DNA from: an uncultured Flavobacteriaceae bacterium
Lineage (GTDB): Bacteria; Bacteroidota; Bacteroidia; Flavobacteriales; Flavobacteriaceae
Length of the DNA stretch: 36,582 bases
Direction of reading: 5' to 3'
NCBI GenBank assembly: GCA_964479055.1
Contig: CAYZKX010000002.1
Span: 1-36,582, forward strand
Positions 15,304 to 23,126 of the stretch are shown piece after piece. A program made the position numbers and the translations under genes. Below the pieces are notes generated by a model that did no database searches, was not told the origin of the DNA, and saw nothing but the letters and a program-made list of their open reading frames with translations. How positions within the stretch are numbered: the stretch's first letter is position 1; each line of letters opens with the position of its first letter.

Positions 15304-15631
15304 ATGTGGCGAACGCATCGTTGGGCGTATCGATAAGAAATTTTGCAGTGATGGCTGCCGCAACACGTATAATAATCGTATCAATAAGGACAGCAAAAAC
15401 CTTATTCGAAATACCAATAACCGCCTGCGGAAGAACTATCGCATCCTTGAAGGTCTTAATCCAGAGCAGAAGACCAAGACCTCAAGAGCGAAACTTATCG
15501 AGAAAGGGTTTGACTTTAATTACATCACCAGCATCTATACTACTAAGGCTGGAAAGGTATATTATTTTGTGTATGATCAAGGGTATTTACCCTTAGAGAA
15601 CGATTTCTATGCCTTAGTGAAGCGCGAGTGA
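15284..15631 (+). CDS. Zinc-ribbon (FCS/TRASH-like CxxC...FCSxxC) protein of unknown function
   Basis: 'CLECGERIVGRIDKKFCSDGCRNTY' is followed by a basic region and an ~50-aa C-terminal domain. There is a 20-nt overlap with the upstream GNAT gene. Confidence 0.65.
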   Translation: MNRACLECGERIVGRIDKKFCSDGCRNTYNNRINKDSKNLIRNTNNRLRKNYRILEGLNPEQKTKTSRAKLIEKGFDFNYITSIYTTKAGKVYYFVYDQGYLPLENDFYALVKRE

Positions 15632-15680
15632 AGCTGTAACGATTTTGCAATTTCACATACATATTATGTAAACTGCATTT

Positions 15681-16397
15681 ATGATACCAGCGCTTCAGAG
15701 CAATACCACTTTTTTAATTCCCATTATTGTATTTGTTGCCATAGTGAGCATTGTATTCGCAGCGCATTATTATGGTAAGAAGCAGAAGATCTTACGTCAG
15801 CTAAAAAAATTCAAACTTAGTAAGATCGCCAAAATACAAAGCCATCAACTCACCAAGATCACAGGCAAGACCTTACATGTTCATGAGCCGTTGGTAGCAC
15901 CATTCAGCAAACGCAAATGCGTCGCCTATCACATCACTATTGAACGCCGTCGAAATACGGGCAACAGTCGCTATTGGCGTACCATTGTTCGCGATGAACA
16001 AATACAGGACTTTTTCTTGAAACAAGGTGATGAGGTGGTCATGATCAAACCCACTACTACACCAAAGAACTACAGCAGTTATATGGTGATCGATTCCAGT
16101 GTACGGTCGGGATTTTTAAATAATCCGAGTACCGATTTCGAATCGGTTCTAAGGCGCTATAACGTGGATAGTAAAAATTTTTTAGGTATGAATAAAACAC
16201 TGCGTTACTCCGAACGAATTATTGAAGTGGGAGAGGAGATCACCGTAGGAGGCATTGCCAAATGGAAGACCATGAGTGAACCCAAGCCTGGATTAAACTA
16301 TTCTCGAATAGCAACTCTTGAAAGTTCAAATACTCAAAAACTGATCATCACTGATCTCCCTGAGGCACGACCTAAAGAAAGGGAATTTTTGAATTAG
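15681..16397 (+). CDS. N-terminally membrane-anchored protein, GIDE-like (bacterial homologue of the MUL1/GIDE non-RING region) by eye
   Basis: Single TM 'FLIPIIVFVAIVSIVFAAHYY'. The pattern 'ITGKTLHVHEPLVAPFSKRKCVAYHITIERR...WRTIVRDEQIQDFFLKQGDEVVMI ... ERIIEVGEEITVGG' resembles GIDE-family proteins. The functional call is low confidence. Confidence 0.6.
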   Translation: MIPALQSNTTFLIPIIVFVAIVSIVFAAHYYGKKQKILRQLKKFKLSKIAKIQSHQLTKITGKTLHVHEPLVAPFSKRKCVAYHITIERRRNTGNSRYWRTIVRDEQIQDFFLKQGDEVVMIKPTTTPKNYSSYMVIDSSVRSGFLNNPSTDFESVLRRYNVDSKNFLGMNKTLRYSERIIEVGEEITVGGIAKWKTMSEPKPGLNYSRIATLESSNTQKLIITDLPEARPKEREFLN

Positions 16398-16398
16398 A

Positions 16399-16866
16399 TT
16401 ATTTCCAGTTCTGACCTTTTAGTTTGATGGCCGCCTTTAAAATATCCTTCTGACTAATTTGACCAACCAATTTACCATGTTCCACAATTGGAAAACGTCG
16501 GCGCTTGGCATCTAAGAATTTATTGGCCGCATCAAAGACATTCATTTCTCCATCAATGGTATCCACATTGCGCACCATATGTTTTTCTACCGTATTGCCT
16601 TCAAGAGGCATGTTGTAGTAGCGGCTTTCACTTATTTGTTTGATGCAATCGCCTTCACTGATCATGCCAACAAGCTCATTCTTATCATTAACTACAGGAG
16701 CTCCTGATATTCTGTTTTTTATTAAACTTTGGATCACTTCCTCTACCGATTGTTCTGGTTTAAAAGTGATAAGTTTTGTGGTCATATAATCTTTGACTCG
16801 AATTGGTGTGGTGTCCACTACATTTTTTTGCGCTTTTCTGGCACCTTGAAAACTTTTAATTCCCAT
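16399..16866 (-). CDS. CBS-domain pair protein
   Basis: 155 aa with two CBS repeats ('VKDYMTTKLITFKPEQSVEEVIQSLIKNRISGAPVV', 'VEKHMVRNVDTIDGEMNVFDAANKFLDAKRRRFPIV'). Confidence 0.85.
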   Translation of the reverse strand: MGIKSFQGARKAQKNVVDTTPIRVKDYMTTKLITFKPEQSVEEVIQSLIKNRISGAPVVNDKNELVGMISEGDCIKQISESRYYNMPLEGNTVEKHMVRNVDTIDGEMNVFDAANKFLDAKRRRFPIVEHGKLVGQISQKDILKAAIKLKGQNWK

Positions 16867-16973
16867 AATGATACAATTTAGTCGTTCCGAATTGTTTAAG
16901 TTACTTATTTTTACCGATATGGCCTAAACTTTAATTTTACTAAATTTATATACTGTCTAACTAGAACTGAAAT

Positions 16974-19298
16974 ATGTTTAAAAAAATTATTGCTGTACTC
17001 CTAATTAGTGCCGCTATATATTGGAGCTATTCAGCGCTTCTACCTTCGCAAGTTTCGGATATTGACACTGCGGTTGACCAATTCTCGTCGGCTAGGGCCC
17101 TTGTACATTTACGGGAAATATCCAAAGAACAACATCCTGTAGGAAGCAAGGCCAATACCGAAGTACGAAACTATATTATTGCACAATTGGAAGATCTGGG
17201 TTTAGAGACGCAGGTACAGGAAGGATTCTCGCTCACCAAATGGGGCAATCTGGTAAAACCAAAAAACATATTGGCACGCATTAAAGGCAGCAATTCAAAA
17301 AAGGCACTGCTTTTATTATCCCATTATGATAGCGCGCCACATTCATCATATGGTGCTAGTGATGCAGGCTCAGGTGTGGTCACCATTTTAGAAGGGGTAA
17401 GGGCATACATGGAATCAAGCAAGACACCAAAGAACGATATCATTATCCTAATTACTGATGCCGAAGAGCTGGGATTGAATGGTGCAGACCTTTTTGTGAA
17501 CAAACACGAATGGGCCAAGGACGTGGGTCTGGTGCTTAACTTTGAAGCACGCGGTAGTGGTGGACCAAGCTTTATGCTGGTGGAGACCAATTCAGGTAAT
17601 GCCAATTTGATCGATGGCTATACTAAAGCCAATCCATCACATCCAGTGGGTAATTCTTTAGCATATAGTATCTACAAGATGTTGCCTAATGATACCGATC
17701 TCACTCGATTTAGAGAAGACGGCAATATAGACGGATTCAACTTCGCATTTATTGATGATCATTATGACTACCATACGTCTATGGATACCTTTGAACGCCT
17801 GGACCGTAACACCCTCGAACATCAAGGACGTTATTTGATGTCGATGATGCATTATTTTGCTGATGCCGATCTGACCACCGTGAAAAGTAGAGAAGATAAA
17901 GTATATTTTAATGTACCGCTATTTAAAACAGTAAGTTATCCGTTCTCGTGGATTTGGCCAATGCAAATAATGGCTTTACTGCTGTTTGTTGGATTGATAG
18001 TGTTAGGATTTAAGAAACGCAAGCTCATTCAGGAAGATGTTATAAAAGGCTTTTATCCCTTGTTATTATCGCTATTATCAAGCCTATTGATGGGGTTTTT
18101 GTTGTGGGAAATAATAAAGATTATAAACCCGCAGTACAAAGAGATGCTACATGGGTTTACCTATAACGGTCACTTGTATATTATTGCCTTTTGTTTAATC
18201 AGCCTTGCCATCTGTTCGTGGATCTATAGCCGTTTTTATAAGCCGGGCAATACGGTAAGTATATTAGTAGCTCCTATATTACTTTGGTGGTTGATAAGCC
18301 TATTAATGGTCTTGTATTTAAAAGGTGCTAGCTTTTTTGTGGTGCCAGTGTATTTTGGTTGTTTGAGTTTATTCTTACTTATACAAAAACGGAAACCGAG
18401 TTTAGCGGGATTGGCCCTAATTTGTTTCCCTATGCTCTTCGTTATTAGTCCGTTTTTAGAGATGTTCCCAGTTGGTCTCGGCTTTTTCATGGGAATAGGA
18501 GGATTGTCATTAACCATTAAGTTGGTGTCTATGTTTTTGGTTGTGCTCATGTTTGGACTGTTGATCTCAATATTTGGATTTTTCCGTCACAAGCGGCGAT
18601 GGGCCTATGTGATCTTTTTTGTAGCACTATGTTATTTGATCGCGGCTCAGTTTAAATCAGGATTTAACGAAGAACGTCCTAAACCTAATAGTTTGGTATT
18701 TATGCAGGATATCGATAAGAATGTGGCTTATTGGGCTACTTATGATGGCAGTTTAGACGATTACACCAGTCAGGTACTCGATGAAGCGACCAACGCTGTG
18801 GATCTGCAAACCAATATTGTAGGCAGTAAATATAATTCAGGTTTCACCTACTCAAAAAATACCGATATGAAGGCTTTGATCTATCCGGAGATCGAAGTGT
18901 ATAAAGACACCATAATTGGTGACCAGCGGGAAGTGTCTATTTATGTGGCTTCTAAACGGAATGTACAGCGTATAGAACTGTTTTCTAGTGTTCAGAATAT
19001 CTTTAAAGACGCAGTGATTAATGGTATACCTGCCTATAAAGAATCTCTTAATGCGCCAGTATTTAATAACCGAAGATCAAACAGATTGTTTAGTTACTAT
19101 GTGACGGACAATGAACCTCTGGATATGAAGTTTACCATTCCGCGAGGGCAACGTACAGAATTGGTGATCTATGAATCATCTAATGACTTGTTACAGAATA
19201 ATTCCTTTGGCTTACAACCACGATCGAGCGCAATGATTGCCAAACCTTTTATATTAAATGACGCTGTAATTTTAATGAAAACCATTGTTATAGACTAA
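16974..19298 (+). CDS. Membrane-embedded M28-family metallopeptidase (N-terminal M28 domain, polytopic TM region, C-terminal extracytoplasmic domain)
   Basis: M28 motifs 'LLLSHYDSAPHSSYGASDAGSGV' and 'IILITDAEELGLNGA', plus 'NFEARGSGGP', are followed by about 8-9 hydrophobic helices (aa ~320-560). Confidence 0.85.
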   Translation: MFKKIIAVLLISAAIYWSYSALLPSQVSDIDTAVDQFSSARALVHLREISKEQHPVGSKANTEVRNYIIAQLEDLGLETQVQEGFSLTKWGNLVKPKNILARIKGSNSKKALLLLSHYDSAPHSSYGASDAGSGVVTILEGVRAYMESSKTPKNDIIILITDAEELGLNGADLFVNKHEWAKDVGLVLNFEARGSGGPSFMLVETNSGNANLIDGYTKANPSHPVGNSLAYSIYKMLPNDTDLTRFREDGNIDGFNFAFIDDHYDYHTSMDTFERLDRNTLEHQGRYLMSMMHYFADADLTTVKSREDKVYFNVPLFKTVSYPFSWIWPMQIMALLLFVGLIVLGFKKRKLIQEDVIKGFYPLLLSLLSSLLMGFLLWEIIKIINPQYKEMLHGFTYNGHLYIIAFCLISLAICSWIYSRFYKPGNTVSILVAPILLWWLISLLMVLYLKGASFFVVPVYFGCLSLFLLIQKRKPSLAGLALICFPMLFVISPFLEMFPVGLGFFMGIGGLSLTIKLVSMFLVVLMFGLLISIFGFFRHKRRWAYVIFFVALCYLIAAQFKSGFNEERPKPNSLVFMQDIDKNVAYWATYDGSLDDYTSQVLDEATNAVDLQTNIVGSKYNSGFTYSKNTDMKALIYPEIEVYKDTIIGDQREVSIYVASKRNVQRIELFSSVQNIFKDAVINGIPAYKESLNAPVFNNRRSNRLFSYYVTDNEPLDMKFTIPRGQRTELVIYESSNDLLQNNSFGLQPRSSAMIAKPFILNDAVILMKTIVID

Positions 19299-19360
19299 AA
19301 ATTTTAGTTTGGCATTGCAATTGCAAGGGATTTCATTAGTTTTGAACCCTTAAAATTTTG

Positions 19361-20047
19361 ATGATGAAAAGAAATACAGTAATACTCCTATTACTTTGTG
19401 CATTTCAGGGAATTGCACAAACCAATGCCGAACTTTTAAAACATTATGAAGCCTACTACCAGCAAATGAAAACGCAAGGTGATATTCATGGTGTTGTAAG
19501 TGCCCTTACACATTTAAATATTTTATCACCAAGCATTGAGCGTCGTGATACCTTGGCTGCGATCTATATGAATGATGGCAGTCATGTACAAGCATTGAAC
19601 ACTTTGGGATCGGCTGAGTTGAAACCCACGGATTCAAATTTAGCTATTGAGGTCAAAGCAGTGTGCTTGGAACAACTTGGTGAATTACAAGGTGCAATTG
19701 TTCATTACGAGGAGATCTTTAAGCGCCAAGCCAGTATTGTAGTGGCTTATCAATTGGCCGACCTTAAGATAAGAGTTGATGACTTGGCAGGAGCGGTAAC
19801 ATATATTGATTACGGGATGGCCAATGCAACGCCGGAAATGAAGCAAACTTATTACGAGCAACAAATGCCATATCAGGTACCTTTTAAGGCCAGTTTCCTA
19901 TATTTAAAAAGCTTGTCTAAATTCAAAGAGAACCCTGAAACCAATAAAGATGCGGCTATCGCCATTTTGGATGAAGCCCTTCAGGTGGCACCTAATTTTA
20001 ATCTGGCGCAGATCAGTAAAGATGCCATTATCGCGCAAAAACAATAA
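19361..20047 (+). CDS. Secreted helical-repeat (TPR-like) protein, function unknown
   Basis: Signal peptide 'VILLLLCAFQGIAQ' followed by a helix-rich sequence. I prefer ATG 19361 to the TTG at 19358. Confidence 0.6.
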   Translation: MMKRNTVILLLLCAFQGIAQTNAELLKHYEAYYQQMKTQGDIHGVVSALTHLNILSPSIERRDTLAAIYMNDGSHVQALNTLGSAELKPTDSNLAIEVKAVCLEQLGELQGAIVHYEEIFKRQASIVVAYQLADLKIRVDDLAGAVTYIDYGMANATPEMKQTYYEQQMPYQVPFKASFLYLKSLSKFKENPETNKDAAIAILDEALQVAPNFNLAQISKDAIIAQKQ

Positions 20048-20062
20048 AATTTTATTAGCATA

Positions 20063-20091
20063 AAAAAAAGCAGCCAATTGGCTGCTTTTTT
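20063..20091. terminator. Bidirectional intrinsic terminator
   Basis: 'aaaaaaaagcagccaattggctgctttttt' has a GC-rich 7-bp stem flanked by an A-run and a T-run, between convergent stops at 20047 (+) and 20108 (-). Confidence 0.8.
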
Positions 20092-20107
20092 ATTTATGAT
20101 CTTTTTC

Positions 20108-22177
20108 TTACCAAATACGTACACGTTTTTCTGGAGCTAACCACATGGCATCTCCTTCTTTAATATCGAATGCTTCATAGAAGGCATCGATATTCTTTAA
20201 CGGTTGAATGGCTCTATTGTATCCCGGTGAATGCGGATCGGTTTTAATTTGCGTCTCTAAGGCATCAGGACGAATCAAAGTACGCCATACTGTAGCCCAT
20301 GACATAAAGAAGCGCTGCTCTGCAGTAAATCCATCAATGTCATCCGGTCTACCGTTCTCTGCAAAATGCAATTGAAGTCCGTCATAAGCACCTAATAAAC
20401 CTCCAAGGTCACCAATATTCTCACCTAAAGTAAAACGACCATTGATAAAGAGACTGTCGGCAACTTCAATAGCAGAATACTGATCGGCTAAAGCATCACC
20501 ACGCTTTTTAAATTCGGCAAGATCTTCTTCTGTCCACCAGTTGATCAAATTACCATCACTGTCAAACTGTGCACCTTGATCGTCAAAGGCATGTGAGATC
20601 TCGTGACCGATAACGGCACCAATACCACCATAATTTACAGCTTCATCCGCTGTGTAGTTATAGAATGGAGGTTGTAATATAGCGGCTGGGAAAACGATCT
20701 CGTTATTCAGCGGATTGAAATAAGCGTTTACCATTTGAGGTGGCATGCCCCATTCTTTTTTATCTACTGGTTGCCCTAGATCGGCAATATTATCTTTTAA
20801 GTTCCAATCGGTTAATGCCAGTATATTTTCAGCATAGTTGTTGCCTTCCTTGATCATGAGATCAGAATAATCTTGCCACTCATCAGGATAGGCGATCTTA
20901 ACCGTAAATTTGTCTAATTTGAGTTTTGCTTTTTCCTTGGTTTCTTCACCCATCCAGTCTAATTTGTCAATTCTTGCTTTAAAGGCTGTGATCACATTGG
21001 CGATCATCTTTTCAGCTTTTTCCTTAGCTTCTGGCGGGAACTTAGCATCTACATACAACTTTCCAATAGCTTCACCAACGGCGCCTGTAACATTGTCCAT
21101 AGCACGTTCTTCAGCTGGTTGCTGAGTCTCTGTACCACGTAATGTTTTGCTGTAGAAGTCCCAGTTTGCTTTTTCTAATTCAGGACTCAAATAACTGGCA
21201 GCAGCATTTAGTGTGCTCCATTTCATTAAGGTTTTAATATCGTCTATTGGCGTAGATGTCAATACATTTTGAAGTTCTTCCATGTATTTAAGCTCTAAAA
21301 CATAAACGGTATCTAGCTGTTGCTCAACGCCCATTTCAGAAATGAACTTATTCCAATCTACAGCTGGTATCATTGCTGTTAACTGCTCGATACTTCTTGG
21401 GTTGTTGAAGTTGTTAATATTTCTACTTTGAACTTTATCTAATTGCGGTTCTGCCAGTTTAGTTTCAACATCCAGGATCATTTCGGCAGCAGCACGAGCT
21501 TCGTCTTTGCTGTAATCTATATACTGCATCATACGTGTGATATGATCTTTGTATTGCTCGCGACGTTCATCCGATTTTTCGTCGGTCAAAACGTAGTAAT
21601 CACGATCAGGTAGCCCTAAACTACCTTGGGTGATGTAAGGTGCATTGATGCTACTGTCATTAAGATCAGGGAATACTGTAAATCCAAAAAATGGTGCGTC
21701 CACACCAAGTGTTTGAGCATAGACCGTTTGCATATCGCTAATGTTGGTAATGCCATCTATAGCTGAAAGCATTGGTTGAAGAGGCTCCAGCCCTGCTGCC
21801 GCACGGGCTACTGTATCCAATTCGGTTTCAAAAAGCAATAGTGCCTTTTTCTGATCGGTACCTTCGGCATAAGTGCCTAATTCTTTTGCTGTTTTAACAA
21901 TTTCTAAAACATCATTACGTGTTGATTTACGTAAAACACCAAATCCACCCCATCGCGATTGATCTTCAGGAATGGTATTTGTTTTCATCCAATTTCCATT
22001 AACGTAGTTATAGAAATCGTCCTTCGGGCTAACAAGTGTGTCCATGTTCTCAAGGACGATACCCGGGATTTTTTCTGCTTCGGCAAACTCATTATTTGGG
22101 TTGTCTTTTTTGCAGGCAGTAGTCACTAACGTCAGTGCACAAACAGCTACAAAAATGTGTTTGATTTTAAAATGCAT
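20108..22177 (-). CDS. M13-family zinc metallopeptidase (neprilysin / PepO-like), putative lipoprotein
   Basis: 'VIGHEISHAFDD' (HExxH), 'GENIGDLGG' and the C-terminal 'RVRIW'. Lipobox 'VTTAC'. Confidence 0.9.
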   Translation of the reverse strand: MHFKIKHIFVAVCALTLVTTACKKDNPNNEFAEAEKIPGIVLENMDTLVSPKDDFYNYVNGNWMKTNTIPEDQSRWGGFGVLRKSTRNDVLEIVKTAKELGTYAEGTDQKKALLLFETELDTVARAAAGLEPLQPMLSAIDGITNISDMQTVYAQTLGVDAPFFGFTVFPDLNDSSINAPYITQGSLGLPDRDYYVLTDEKSDERREQYKDHITRMMQYIDYSKDEARAAAEMILDVETKLAEPQLDKVQSRNINNFNNPRSIEQLTAMIPAVDWNKFISEMGVEQQLDTVYVLELKYMEELQNVLTSTPIDDIKTLMKWSTLNAAASYLSPELEKANWDFYSKTLRGTETQQPAEERAMDNVTGAVGEAIGKLYVDAKFPPEAKEKAEKMIANVITAFKARIDKLDWMGEETKEKAKLKLDKFTVKIAYPDEWQDYSDLMIKEGNNYAENILALTDWNLKDNIADLGQPVDKKEWGMPPQMVNAYFNPLNNEIVFPAAILQPPFYNYTADEAVNYGGIGAVIGHEISHAFDDQGAQFDSDGNLINWWTEEDLAEFKKRGDALADQYSAIEVADSLFINGRFTLGENIGDLGGLLGAYDGLQLHFAENGRPDDIDGFTAEQRFFMSWATVWRTLIRPDALETQIKTDPHSPGYNRAIQPLKNIDAFYEAFDIKEGDAMWLAPEKRVRIW

Positions 22178-22265
22178 TTTTGATTAATTTTTGATGATTC
22201 GTAATTTACTTATTATTTAGAAGCCTAAAGGCTAAAATTGTTACACCTTAACAAAGATTTATGAT

Positions 22266-22295
22266 AAAAAAAACAGCATTAATGCTGTTTTTTTT
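22266..22295 (-). terminator. Intrinsic terminator (symmetrical, usable on either strand)
   Basis: A8 - 'cagcattaatgctg' (perfect palindrome) - T8, lying 12 nt beyond the stop of the orphan C-terminal-domain frame on the minus strand. Confidence 0.7.
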
Positions 22296-22306
22296 ATCGC
22301 CTAAGC

Positions 22307-22459
22307 TTATTTTAAAATTAACTTTTTAGTGACAGTTCGTCCCTGCGAACAGAGATTTATGAAATAGATAACTGTGGTATAGTCTGTCATATCCAATTCA
22401 TAGTGGTGTTGACCAATAATGTTTTGTTTCATTACCACTTTACCCAAATCACACTTTGG
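22307..22459 (-). pseudogene. Second orphan T9SS C-terminal-domain fragment (minus strand)
   Basis: The minus-strand translation '...PKCDLGKVVMKQNIIGQHHYELDMTDYTTVIYFINLCSQGRTVTKKLILK*' (stop 22307-22309) follows the C-terminal-domain pattern yDxxGK...lDxsxxxxgIYFxxL...TKKLIxK. There is no YPNP strand, signal peptide or passenger domain. The frame stays open up to 22549, overlapping the 3' end of the 175-aa gene in another frame. Confidence 0.5.
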
Positions 22460-22461
22460 GA

Positions 22462-22989
22462 TTAGGTTGGTTTTTCTATTTTCTGTGCCTCTTTTTCGAA
22501 CTTCTTGTTGATCTGAAATATCATATTGGTATGTGCAATAAGCATTTCTTTAATGGCTTCTAACAGTGTTTCCTGACTTTCACTATTGAAAACGGCTTCG
22601 TCGTGTAATTTGAATGACGCGGTTTCAAGGGCCACTAAACGTACTAATATTGAAGTCTCATTTAATTTCTCAGGAATCTCTGTTTTCAATTCTTCCATAA
22701 AACCTTCTAGAAGCGCTTTATCGTCCTTGAAAAAATTAAGATCACCCTTTTTTAATGACAAAATGTGTTGTTGCAATTCTTGAAACTTCAACCAATTTGC
22801 AGTATGTGTGTTGGACACATCACTTAGTGCATATTCCGTGTATGACAGGTCTTCAGTGTCTTTGGCAGTAATGCTCGGTGCGTTGATTTGATCCTGGGCT
22901 GATGTGTCTTCTACTTGCTGCGCATTATCATTACAGCTCATATAAAAGCTACATGCAATGGATAAGACAATAATTTTTGAAAATCGCAT
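22462..22989 (-). CDS. Hypothetical lipoprotein
   Basis: 175-aa ORF with N-terminus 'MRFSKIIVLSIACSFYMSC'. The remainder is helical and charged, with no recognisable motif. Confidence 0.6.
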   Translation of the reverse strand: MRFSKIIVLSIACSFYMSCNDNAQQVEDTSAQDQINAPSITAKDTEDLSYTEYALSDVSNTHTANWLKFQELQQHILSLKKGDLNFFKDDKALLEGFMEELKTEIPEKLNETSILVRLVALETASFKLHDEAVFNSESQETLLEAIKEMLIAHTNMIFQINKKFEKEAQKIEKPT

Positions 22990-23126
22990 AGGCCGAAAAT
23001 AATCAAATACAGATACATACGAAACTGAGAGTTGAGATTTTAACTTTTATTTCTGCAATATTGATTTCTGTTATTATAATTTGAGTAATTTTAGGGGCAA
23101 TTAATTAATCACACTTCAAAAAGTAT

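Noticed and set aside
7688-22177. An impression of a higher-GC block (7.7-22.2 kb) flanked by lower-GC DNA, which would suggest a compositional island.
   Set aside because: Hand counts of sampled 60-nt lines inside the block ranged from 38% to 48% and overlapped the values from the flanks (28-47%). Only the FG-GAP gene (1831-5127) is a consistent outlier. This needs a real sliding-window calculation before any claim.
22462-22549. The idea that the 175-aa lipoprotein gene and the downstream T9SS-tail fragment are one gene split by a single frameshift.
   Set aside because: The two frames do overlap (the open frame of the fragment reaches 22549). However, neither frame encodes the proximal half of a T9SS C-terminal domain (no YPNP-type strand), and the N-terminus is a lipoprotein-type signal rather than the type I signal usual for T9SS cargo. 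A simple indel does not restore a plausible protein.
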